Positions 54,061 to 64,000 of a DNA stretch of 64,000 bases are shown one piece after another. Location: the NCBI GenBank assembly GCA_951406725.2, contig OX597817.1, forward strand, positions 149,792,001-149,856,000. The letters run 5' to 3'. The DNA comes from Octopus vulgaris. Its lineage: Eukaryota. The notes beneath the pieces are model-generated. The model saw only the letters and a program-made list of their open reading frames with translations, was not told the origin of the DNA and made no database searches. The translations under genes and the position numbers were made by a program. Position 1 is the stretch's first letter. The number at the start of each line of letters is the position of its first letter.

Positions 54061-54212
54061 TCACTTCCTTTTATCAGCTGATTTAGCAGAAATGGCCTTG
54101 GGGTTGTAGGCGTAGGTCTTCTGGATCGGACCCATACCAGCTTCTTTAAATTTAAGAGCATCGACCTTTGTTCTTTCTTCCATTTCAGCAGCAGTTTTGG
54201 CATTGTTCCAAC
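54061..54212 (-). CDS. OXA1L: OXA1L last coding exon (S)WNNAKTAAEMEERTKVDALKFKEAGMGPIQKTYAYNPKAISAKSADKRK*
   Basis: Acceptor ttttccag|GT completes AGT with the previous exon; TGA stop at 54061-54063. The basic C-terminal tail with 'GP.Q.T...NP' fits OXA1L (ribosome-binding tail) rather than COX18. Confidence 0.93.
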
Positions 54213-56399
54213 CTGGAAAATAAATCAATATTTTATCAATAACTAGAGGTTCAATGATTGAATGATTAATCATTATTAGATCAAGCATTCTTGCATATCA
54301 ACACACATCGACATCATGCAACTTGGATAAAAAGGAAAGTACCAAGTTATCTAGCAGAGAGTTTTTTGGGTTTTTTTCGTTTTTGTGTGATTCTGAATAT
54401 GTTACAAAAAAATAGTGCAGGCATGGTTGTGTGGTTAAGGGCTTCAATTCCCAACTGTGTTGTTTTGGGTTCAGTCCTACTGTATGGCACTTTGAGCAAA
54501 AGTGTCTCCAACTATAGCAGCAGGCCAACCAAAGCCTTGTGATGGGATTTGGTAGATGGAAACTGCCACTAGCACTTGTGCTGGTGGCACGTGAAAAAAC
54601 ATTCGAGCAAGGTCGTTGCCAGTGCCGCTGGACTGGCTACTGTGCAGGTGGCACATAAAAAGCACCATTTGAGTGTGGTCGTTGCCAGTACCGCCTGACT
54701 GGCCCTCATGCCGGTGGCACATAAAATAACCCACTACACTCTTGGAATGGTTGGTATTAGGAAGGGCATCCAGCTGTAGAAATTCTGCCAGATCAGATTG
54801 GAGTCTGGTGCAGCCATCTGGTTCGCCAGACCTCAGTCAAATCGTCCAACCCATGCTAGCATGGAAAGCGGACGTTAAACAATAATGATGATGATTATCA
54901 TCATCATTATCATCATTTAACATTCTATGCTGGCATGGCTGGAGAGAGAGCAGGAGAGATATTGTGGTTGCATGTGTGTTCACATAGCATGATAGATGTA
55001 AACAAATGTCACCCTCATACAGGCAGTGCACATATCTAATCTTCCATGAAAAACATTTATGACCCTGAGGAAATATTACCTTGCTTGGAAAAATGTGAGA
55101 GTTGGTGACAGGAAAGGCATCCAGCTACAGAAAATCTACTTAAATTTCATCTGACCCATGCAGGCATGGAAAAAGTGATGTTAAAATAAGGATGATGATG
55201 ATGATAATCATTAATGTGCTTGAGGAGACCTGCTGTGCTTGAGGAGACCTATTGAGTACACCAACATCAAAATAAATATCAAATGGAAATTGTAGTTGTG
55301 ATACCTGTGCTGGTCGCACATAAAAAGCACCAACCGATCGTGGCCATTGCCAGCCTTCCCTGGCACGTAAAAAGCACCCACTACACTCATGGAGTGGTTG
55401 GCATTAGGAAGAGCATCCAGATAAGACTGGAGCCTGGTGCAGCCCCCTGGCTTCCCAGACCCCTGTCGAACCGTCCAATCCGTGCTAGCATGGAAAACGG
55501 ACCTTAAACGATGATGATGATGATGTGCCAATAAATGAGATGGCAATAGATTAGCCACAGAGATGGTCATGTTGCTGCTGAACAGAATATTTTTGTACTG
55601 AGCCAACCTAACTAGAAGTACCATTCATATATTTTATCAACAATCGCTATTGAGAATGTAGCAGAAGACACGTCTATCACAGCAGAATTGATTTCCTAAA
55701 TCACCTTGGTTAATGCTCCCCTCTCAGCTGAAGGGGTTTTTGTCTTGCTTTTGTTTTACTTAGCGACCCTGTTGGTCCTGATGCCATGAAGAAAAGCACC
55801 TGAGCCAGTGCCACGTAAGAAGCACTTTTTCTGGTAGCATGTAAAAGGCAATCGGTACACTCTGTGAAGAGGTTGGCATTAGGATGGGCACCCTGCCATA
55901 GAAACCAAGCCAAAATAGATAAATGGAACCCGGTGCAGCTCTCCAGCTCTGGTCAATCTGTCCAATCCATGCCAGCATGAAAATCATCATCATCAGCTTT
56001 AACATCCAGCTTCCATTCTGGCATGGTTTGGATGGTTCAACTGGGGTCTGGGAAGCCAGGAGGCTGCACCAGGCTCCAATCTGATCTGGCAATGTTTCTG
56101 CAGCTGGATGTCCTTCCTCATGGCAACCACTCTGAGAGTGTAGTGGGTGCTTTTTACATGCCACCGGCACGGGAGCCAGTCAGGCGGCACTGGCATCAGC
56201 CATGTTCGGATGGTGCTTTTTACGTGTTACCGGCATGGGAAGCCAGTCATGTGGCACTGGCAATTCGATGTAGAAGGAAGGGACTTCTGTTTTGAAGATG
56301 ACATGAACAGCAATTTTCACAATAAACCCTTGCACCTATTGCTATTGCTTGAGACAAGTTCTCCTTAGTAAGCAAGGTTTACTGAAGATCTTTCATCTT

Positions 56400-56900
56400 A
56401 AATTAGTAAGTCATCATCCTTCTTATTCTGAACGCCTTACTTCCATGGGCATGGATACATTGAAACTCCAACGTCTGGCAGCTGACTTGGCAGACACCCA
56501 TAAAATTATTAACCATCTTACAAACAATAACTCTGAGCACCTTTTCAAACTCCATCTGTCTAACACCCGTAGACATGTTTACAAAGTCAAAAAACAGCAC
56601 AGCTCCCATGACTTTCGGAAACAATTTTTCACGCTAAGAGTTGCTGAAGCATGGAACAAACTGCCGGCATCAGTTGTTAGTTATCGGAGCACTGCATCCT
56701 TCAAAACTTCCATGCTTCCTAAGATTCGCCAACACTACACCTGATTTTCTCCCCTCCATACACACGCAAGCATGTACCTGACTCATACAGTCTTCACTTC
56801 CCAGACATTTGTAAATTACTGCATATGCTTTATATGCACTTTTGACAAGTCGTGGTGCACCTGAGCACTGTATACAATAATTTCATTATATTATATTATT
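56400..56900 (+). mobile_element. CR1-clade LINE 3' fragment in the last OXA1L intron
   Basis: SYSERL..MGMDTLKLQRLAADL..THKII…SNTRRH.YKV…FRKQFFTLRVAEAWNKLPASVV…SFK; short ATT-rich tail. Confidence 0.85.
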
Positions 56901-57464
56901 ACTCTTCAGATATTACTGCCAGAACCACTGACATTGAAGTCAATTCAGTTCTCAAGTGAAACCCAAACACACACCAAGTGGTTTAACACCACTACTTGGT
57001 GCTTGGTGGCTTGTTGTAAGAATTTGGACTAGACACCTGGTACATGTGTAGGAGTGACTGCACAAGACATGAGTTCTGTCCCTTATTAGGAGCACTCCGT
57101 CGGTTACGACGAGGGTCCCAGCTAATACGATCAACGGAACAGCCTGCTCGTGAAATAAACGTGCAAGTGGCTGAGCACTCCACAGACACATGTACTCTTA
57201 ACATAGTTTGCAAGGAGATTCAGCGTGACACAGTGTGACAAGACTGGCCCTTTTGAAATACAGGTACTACTCATTTTTGCCAGCTGAGTGGGCTGGAGCG
57301 ACGTGAAATAAAGTGTCTTGCTCAAGGACACGTGTCGCCGGGAATCAAACTCACAACCTTACGATCAGGAACCGAATACCCTAACCACTAAGTCACGCGC
57401 CCTTATTAAATTGCTTTTAAAAGTCAACAGTTCTTCATACAATCATATACTAAAGAATACTCAC

Positions 57465-57624
57465 TTTCTCTGAATCCTTCAATAAATCCCTTCTTCCGGA
57501 TGCCTGACTGGTCGTGTTTAACAAGCACTGGAATATTCAAATAACTTCGGATAGATGGGATCTTGAGAAATAAAACTTGGATCAGTGAAAATGTGTTAGA
57601 TGTAAACCAGTAACACAGCATAGC
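57465..57624 (-). CDS. OXA1L: OXA1L exon AMLCYWFTSNTFSLIQVLFLKIPSIRSYLNIPVLVKHDQSGIRKKGFIEGFRE + 1 nt
   Basis: Acceptor ttttttccag, donor A|gtgagt, 160 nt. Contains the YW.tSN.FSL.Q TM5 motif diagnostic of YidC/Oxa1. Confidence 0.96.
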
Positions 57625-57782
57625 CTGGAAAAAATTAAAAAGGAAAAATACATCAAAGGTACCTTTGCAATAACTGTTTCAACTCTTTAATTACACATTT
57701 TCCCTTTATGGAAAAATTAAGCTCTGTAATTAACAAAACTGTCAACAACTTGAATCTAACTACTAGTTTCACTTTTCTTTAA

Positions 57783-58304
57783 CCCTTTCGTTATCAACCC
57801 GACTGAAACCGCCTCTGGCTCTCAGTACAAATGTCTTGTTTTCGTAAGTTTTGAATTAAAGTCTTCCACCAAACTTTAGACATAATTTATGTTCTTAACA
57901 CTAGCTTAATGATAACTAAGTTCATCATCATCATCATCGTTTAACGTCTGCTTTCCATGCAAGCATGGGTTGGACAAATGACTGAGGGCTGGCGAACCAG
58001 ATGGCCGCACCAGGCTTCAATCTTGATCTGGCAGAGTTTCTATAGCGGGATGCCCTTCTTAACGCCAACCACTACGAGAGTGTAGTGGGTGCTTTTACAT
58101 GCCACCGGCACAGGATCAGTCAGGCGGTACTGGCAATGAGCTCGCTTGAGTCTTTTACACATTCCACTGGCACAGGTGCCAGTAAAGTGATGCTGGTAAC
58201 GATCACACTCGTAGTAACAATCACATTTTACTAAATTCTTTGTTATATTTAAAGTGATTGAAAGAACCACAGAACATCCCAAAATAAATAGAGTAACGAA
58301 AGGG
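57783..58304 (+). mobile_element. piggyBac-type MITE (TTAA TSD) interrupted by SINE D
   Basis: TTAA|CCCTTTCGTTA … TAACGAAAGGG|TTAA. Confidence 0.85.
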
Positions 58305-58979
58305 TTAAAGAAACATTGCAGATTGTTAATCCATATCTTCCAAGTTACAGAAATAGCTACAAGGAATGTACAACACATCAAGCATTTTTAAGATCATTTT
58401 CTCTGACTAAAGCAGAGGTTAGCAGGTGCCATGACAGTTTCCTCTAATGTGCTCTGTCCCCCACGGCCCTGCTTCATCAACTCTCTTGCTCCCATTTACA
58501 CAACCTTGCCCTTCTTGATCAAAACGAATTTACAACAAGCATGACAAATTTTATACAATCTCTTAACATAATATTGAGCGTAGTATTTTTATATATTCAT
58601 GTGTGTGTGTATGTGTGTGTATGTGTTTTTTTTCCAGAATCACATCAGAAGCAGAGGAGAGAAAATAGTAATTCAGTGAAGGAGAAGTAGTGAGAGAAAG
58701 TAATAGTAATGAGAAAGGAAGGGGTAATAGATGAATAAGGAAGGAAGGGGTGAAAAAAAAAATCAGCATTTCAACTGTGTGAGTATATGTGTGTATGTGT
58801 AACTGAAACAAGTAAAAGAGTAAAGAGTAAAAGAGAAGGTGCTTCTCCAGACATATTTAGGCACATATGACCTCGTAAATAGAACAGTGGGGTTCTAACT
58901 CAGATAAAGTCTACAGTATATCACTGAATGAAATGTAAACAGAGATTTTGAAGATATAGAAAAATATCTCAGTACAAAC

Positions 58980-59084
58980 CGATGGAAATCCTGAAATAAT
59001 GGGGAACAGAACAACAGGCATCAGTCGAAAGGCCCACTTCATTGTGTGAGACATGGTTCCAGCTTTTACACCATCAACACCAAG
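58980..59084 (-). CDS. OXA1L: OXA1L exon LGVDGVKAGTMSHTMKWAFRLMPVVLFPIISGFPS
   Basis: Acceptor ctcttattgcag, donor TCG|gtttgt, 105 nt, phase 0/0. Encodes the 'R.MP...FP' TM4 region. Confidence 0.93.
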
Positions 59085-60210
59085 CTGCAATAAGAGATAT
59101 TTGGAAATTAGCATGATATAGACATGAAGGCAAAAAACTACTAACTCACAAAATTTGCATAAAATAACAAAACATACATCAAACAAGCTTGAATGAAAAT
59201 TGTATGTTTCTACATTTATATACATAGATTCTTTAACACTACTCCTCAATAACTCATTAGAACATTAACAAACAAGAATATATGTTATTTCATGAGAAAG
59301 TGGAGAATAAGTTCCACTTTCAAAAATAATATTTTCAAGGCATGTCGAAAAGATTTTTAATAAAACTCTTAAAATCAACTTGAAAAATAAGACATACAAC
59401 TGCTGTTGTAAAAGTCTTCAGATACAATAATATCAAAACTTGAATCAAGAAACAATGTCTGTTCGACGTTGAAAAGCCTTCTGCGAGCGTATTCTTCCTC
59501 TAAGACTTTGATCTAATTGACTACATTCATCACCTCCTAACACTAGGACACATCTACTTAAATCTCTCGTTTCACATCTCTATTGTTCCAGCTACACTTT
59601 ACATTCCAACTTCTTAACTATTCTTATACACAAGCCACTGACAATCACATTAACATTTTGATAGCAACTTGAGATCACCTGATTCTACTATGCCAACTTC
59701 CTATTTAAATTTATGTAAGTTGGAACCTGCCATCAAAATTTCATATAAATTTATGTTACAAACACCAAATTAATACTAAATTCTTCATTAATTTCAAAAT
59801 TATTCTAGATATCTTTGTTTTATTATGATCTCCTCAGTTAAGAATGGACTTCACCTTAGCCAAAATAGTGAAGAGAGAATCAGAGTAAATGTACTGGTTG
59901 GCATAAAAAGTTACAACAGTTTAGAGATTGGCATTCTTGAGTAATCCATTGAATAAAAGAATCTAGATTTTTGCTCTAGAAAAGCTTTGACAGTCACATT
60001 TCTTAGAAGTTTTAGATTTTCACCTAGGTTGTAGGTCACAGTTTTGTGACCTACAAGCTACACAGCTGAAATTTTGCATGGTGGTACATCTTTTTACGGT
60101 CATAGGGTATATGATATTTTTTTATACTTTCTATAAATCAGATAAAGCTGGGTATTGCTTTATCATACTTTTCCTCCATCCATTTGTACTTCATCATCAT
60201 CATCCTTTAA

Positions 60211-60568
60211 CCCTTTCGTTACTGTATTTATTTTGAGATGCTCTGTGTCTCTTTCATTTAATTTAGTAAAATAACTTGGTTATCATTCAGCTAGTGTCAG
60301 GAACATAAATTGTGACTAAGTTTACTATTTTACTGTGAATGTGACTTTGCCTTACGTTACCATATTTATTTTGAGATGCTCTGTGTTTCTTTCAATTAAT
60401 TTTAGATAAAACAAAGAATTTAGTAAAATAACTTGGTTATCATTCAGCTAGTGTTAGGAACATAAAGTGTGACTAAGGTTGGTGGAAGATTTTAATTCAA
60501 AACTTATGAAAACAAGACATTTGTACTCAGAGCCAGAGCCAGTTTCAGCGAGGTTGGTAACGAAAGGG
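60211..60568 (-). mobile_element. Same piggyBac-type MITE family, opposite orientation, with internal duplication
   Basis: TTAA|CCCTTTCGTTAC … GTAACGAAAGGG|TTAA; 60480-60568 is the reverse complement of 57783-57870. Confidence 0.85.
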
Positions 60569-60826
60569 TTAATATTTGTTTTCCATCCTGGCATGGATTG
60601 GACAGTTTGACCAGAGCTGGCATGCCGGAGAGCTGCACCAGGTTCCAGTCTGATTTGGCTTGGTTTTTATGGCTGGATGCCCTTCTTAATGCCAACCACT
60701 TTACAGTGTGTGCTGGGTGCTTTAAACGTGGAACCAGCAAGAGCATTTTTATGTGGCACCAGCAGAGGACTCTAGCAAGCCACAAAACTGAATCTAATAT
60801 GAAGACAAAGTAAGAAATGTTCATAC

Positions 60827-60991
60827 CTCTATGGTGGCTAAGAATGTTGTCACAGTGAGCAGTGGTAAAGCATAATAGGAGTCAACCAGAGAGAGATCAG
60901 TGAACCACAGAATGCCACCAGTGGTCAAACTTTCCACGGGAAGGTTACACATCCCTCGCAGACCAATGAAGACAGATAAGAAAACTGGCAT
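60827..60991 (-). CDS. OXA1L: OXA1L exon MPVFLSVFIGLRGMCNLPVESLTTGGILWFTDLSLVDSYYALPLLTVTTFLATIE
   Basis: Acceptor ttctttatttag, donor GAG|gtatga, 165 nt, phase 0/0. Carries the Oxa1 signature P(V/I)F.S.F..LR.M...P..S...GG..WF.DL...D..Y.LP. Not listed in the supplied ORF track. Confidence 0.96.
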
Positions 60992-62414
60992 CTAAATAAA
61001 GAAACAAAAAAAAAACTACAATTACAATTGGAAATCAAAAGACAGATCATCAACATCATCATCATTGTTTTTAAAGTCCACTTTTCCATGCTAGCATGGA
61101 TTGAACAGAGTTTACAGAGGCAAATTCTCTACAGCTTAATGTCCTTCCTGGAACCAATCCTTACCTGTTTTCCATGCCAGTTAATATTTCCCCATGGCCA
61201 GAACACTGAAAATAAATGACACTGCATGTATGACAGTGGTACTCATTTACAACAACCACATGATGTCAAGAGAAGGATACACACACACACACACATAGAA
61301 TGGGATTAATTCAATTTCTGTCTACCATATCCAGTCACAAGATTTTGGTCAGCTCAGAGCTATAATATAAGACACTTACTTGCCCAAGGATCCACACGGT
61401 GGGACTGAACCTGAAACCATGTGGTTGGGAAGCAAGCTTCTTAACACAGCCATGCCTGCACCTATTCACTCATTGAATCTATATTGCTAACCAAGCACTC
61501 TTCAGACATACAGTGATCCCACTGATTGCAGCCATGAATTGCACCTTATCATAGATATATAGATACCTACCAACAAAATCTCACAAATCTTCATCATCAT
61601 CATTGTTTAACGTCCATTTTTCATGCTGGCATGGGTTGGACGGTTCGACCAGGGTCTGGGAAGCCAGGAAGCTGCACCAGGCTCCAGTCTGATCTGGCAG
61701 TGTTTCTACAGCTGGATGCCCTTCCTAATGCCAACCACTCCGTAAGTGTAGTAAGTGCTTTTTACATGCCACTGGCACAGGGGCCAGGGGAGGCTGGCAA
61801 CGGCCACGATCGGTTGGTGCTTTTTACGTGCCACCAGCATGGAAGCCAGTCAATGCGGCACTGGAATCAGCCACATTCAGATGGTGCTTTTTACATGCCA
61901 CCAGCACGGGTATCACAAATACAATTTCCATTTGATTTCTTTTTTTTTTTTTGATGAACTAAAAAATTCGTTTCACACCTACATGGTTTCAGGTTCAATC
62001 CTGCTGCATGGCACCTTGGGTAGGTATCGCTTAATACAATGTCAGATTGACCAATGCCTTAAGAGCGGAATTTGATAAATGGAAAGTAGGCAGAAGGCCA
62101 TCATATATATGTATACATTTCACAGATGTATACTGACAAAGATAGGTTTAAAAAACACGAAAAGTGCAGCTTATCCAATGAGGTCCCTGGTGATATTTGC
62201 TCTGCACCTAGTTACACAGACACTCCCAAGTCACACTCAACTTTGGAAATACTGTGAACCAGCTACTGCCTCATCAGAAACCTTTGCCAATGAACTTATT
62301 GTTCACCAAGTGTGATATAAAATTAAATTTTAAAAAGTGGCAAATATTAATAGCATAAAAAAAATATTTTAAAAATAATAAATTTGAAACAGTATTATCG
62401 TTAATTTTACATAC

Positions 62415-62500
62415 CTGTGCTAATGGGACAAGAAAGTTGCGAAAGGGTTTCACTTGGTTGCGTTTCATATACTCCATTAGTTCGTTGCCAGCAAGCGTAG
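62415..62500 (-). CDS. OXA1L: OXA1L exon (A)TLAGNELMEYMKRNQVKPFRNFLVPLAQ
   Basis: Acceptor tttacccattag, donor CAG|gtatgt, 86 nt (2+84). Corresponds to the segment preceding TM2 (P-x-x-Q) of Oxa1/YidC proteins. Confidence 0.92.
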
Positions 62501-63066
62501 CTAATGGGTAAAATAAATAGTACAAGAATTTTAGAAAGAATGTGCCTTGCAATTATCAAGCAATATTCATCATCATCATCATCATTTAACATCCGTTTTC
62601 CATGCAGGCATGGGTTGGACAATTTGACTGAGAACTGGTAACCAGGTTTCAATCTGACTTGGTATGGTTTCTACAGCTAGATGCCCTTCCCTATCACCAA
62701 CCATTCCAAGAGTGTAACAGGTGCATTTTATGTGCCACCGGCACATGTGCCAATTACGTCACACCAGCATCAGCCATGACTGCTATCTCACTTGGCTTGA
62801 CAGGTCTTCTCAAAAAAGGTGTATTGCCAAAGGTCTCGGTCACCTGTCATCACCTCCATGAGGTCCAACGTTCAAACGATACTTTTTACATACCAGTTAC
62901 ACATCACTGGCATAAGCCTCTACCACATAACAGATACTGCATCAATAAAGCTATACATAAAGTATATTGATTGCACATACATTGTGTATGTGTTTATTTA
63001 TGTACCTATTTGCTGCACAACAACATTTGAAAAAGCTCACTACAAGATGCTGAAAGTTAAAGAATA

Positions 63067-63569
63067 CCGTAAATCCTTGAGTATAATCCACATTTTTTTC
63101 CCAAAATTTAAAGGTCAAAATCCCTAGTGTGTACTATATATGTGGTTAAAAATGAAAAATATTTTCTAAGCAATGTCCGAGTCTCTATTTGCTGTCTGGC
63201 AATGTTTATTCAGACACATTTTGTGATGCCGGGTATGAAAATACCTTAAGCTAAGCCTGAAAGCAATGAAGTCATAAAAGAATCATCCATAACTTGCAGT
63301 AAGCAACATTTATTAAAATAAAAGTATTCAGAACACAGAATAACATGTAACAAAAACAATTTGCAAACATATTTACATTCCCATATAACAGTTAAGAACA
63401 TCACCATTATTGTATTACGCATGCGCGAAAGTGTTTGTTCAACTAGGTGCTGCTGGCTTAATTACGCACGACTCAAGTTAGAGAAGGGTTTAGGTTTTTC
63501 AGAGACACAGCCCCCTAAAAATCCAATGCATAATATACTCAAGAGTGGACTATACTCGAGGATTTACGG
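63067..63569. mobile_element. Tc1/mariner-pogo type MITE, TA TSD
   Basis: TA|CCGTAAATCCTTGAGTATAATCCA … TGGACTATACTCGAGGATTTACGG|TA. Confidence 0.85.
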
Positions 63570-63962
63570 TAACCAAATGTCCCAGATCAGGTGAGACAAC
63601 TTGCTTCAAATGACCTCAGCCATTGACACTTAGTGCCATGTAGGAGAGCTTTCCCCAGATACTATCCCACAGCAAATGGAAATGTAAATAAAACTCAAAC
63701 ACTTATGTATGTGCACCCAATGTTTACATTACTGGAACTGCTTTTAATTCATAATTTAATTTTCAACTCTACATGTCATCATATCACATTTGCATAGCTT
63801 TGTAGTTACAAACAGGTATAGACATTTGTATTTTTAATCAACAGAAATAATGATGCTCAAGTTAATTGAAACCTTATGGCAATACAACATATCAGGAAGA
63901 CATGTTAAATAAGGGTTGGAATTATGGGTTCAATCACTAATAGTGATCTGGGAAGAGCTTAC

Positions 63963-64000
63963 CTTCAACAGGGTTGCCACTCAAGCGAGCATCAGAGAAG
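63963..64000 (-). CDS. OXA1L: OXA1L internal exon, partial (runs past the window end): ...FSDARLSGNPVE + 1 nt
   Basis: Minus strand reads TTC TCT GAT GCT CGC TTG AGT GGC AAC CCT GTT GAA G|gtaagc. The phase-1 G joins CT of the next exon to give GCT. Resembles the 'REAKLAGDHIE' region of vertebrate OXA1L as I recall it. Confidence 0.85.

Larger units (their letters stand above)
51330..62890. mobile_element. Dispersed SINE family D with (GAT)n tail, ≥10 copies (e.g. 51330-51510, 51560-52050, 53085-53410, 54570-54900, 55270-55525, 55770-55990, 55990-56260, 57925-58210, 60580-60770, 61590-61930, 62570-62890)
   Basis: Shared CATCATTTAACGTCCGTTTTCCATGCTGGCATGGGTTGGAC…GGATGCCCTTCCTAATGCCAACC, in both orientations. 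Confidence 0.85.

Overview
Eukaryotic, AT-rich, repeat-dominated genomic DNA. The tRNA-derived SINE families, long microsatellites and LINE types point to an octopus (coleoid cephalopod); this is pattern recognition, not a database result. The only host gene I can support is the 3' half of OXA1L (mitochondrial Oxa1/YidC insertase) on the minus strand: six exons from 64000 down to the stop at 54061, with consistent GT-AG boundaries and phases. Bases 1-50,300 look intergenic and are built from SINEs, R4/Dong-type, RTE and Penelope retroelement fragments, non-autonomous Helitrons, a Helentron derivative with an endonuclease fragment, mariner remnants, MITEs and satellites. Most ORFs in the supplied track are microsatellite or SINE artefacts. 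Highlights: (1) an apparently intact type I hammerhead ribozyme (48462-48552) inside a ~1.36-copy, 535-bp repeat unit in a (TA)n tract, resembling a retrozyme or Penelope pseudo-LTR, with a candidate intron overlapping the ribozyme and decayed hammerheads nearby; (2) a >1-kb inverted duplication whose inner half is nearly identical while the outer half is diverged; (3) a 198-bp templated insertion inside a SINE; (4) a 20-bp satellite grown from a SINE promoter head; (5) a sharp repeat-family and CpG boundary near 50.3 kb; (6) inverted repeats in OXA1L introns that could form dsRNA. No CRISPR array or prokaryotic system is present.
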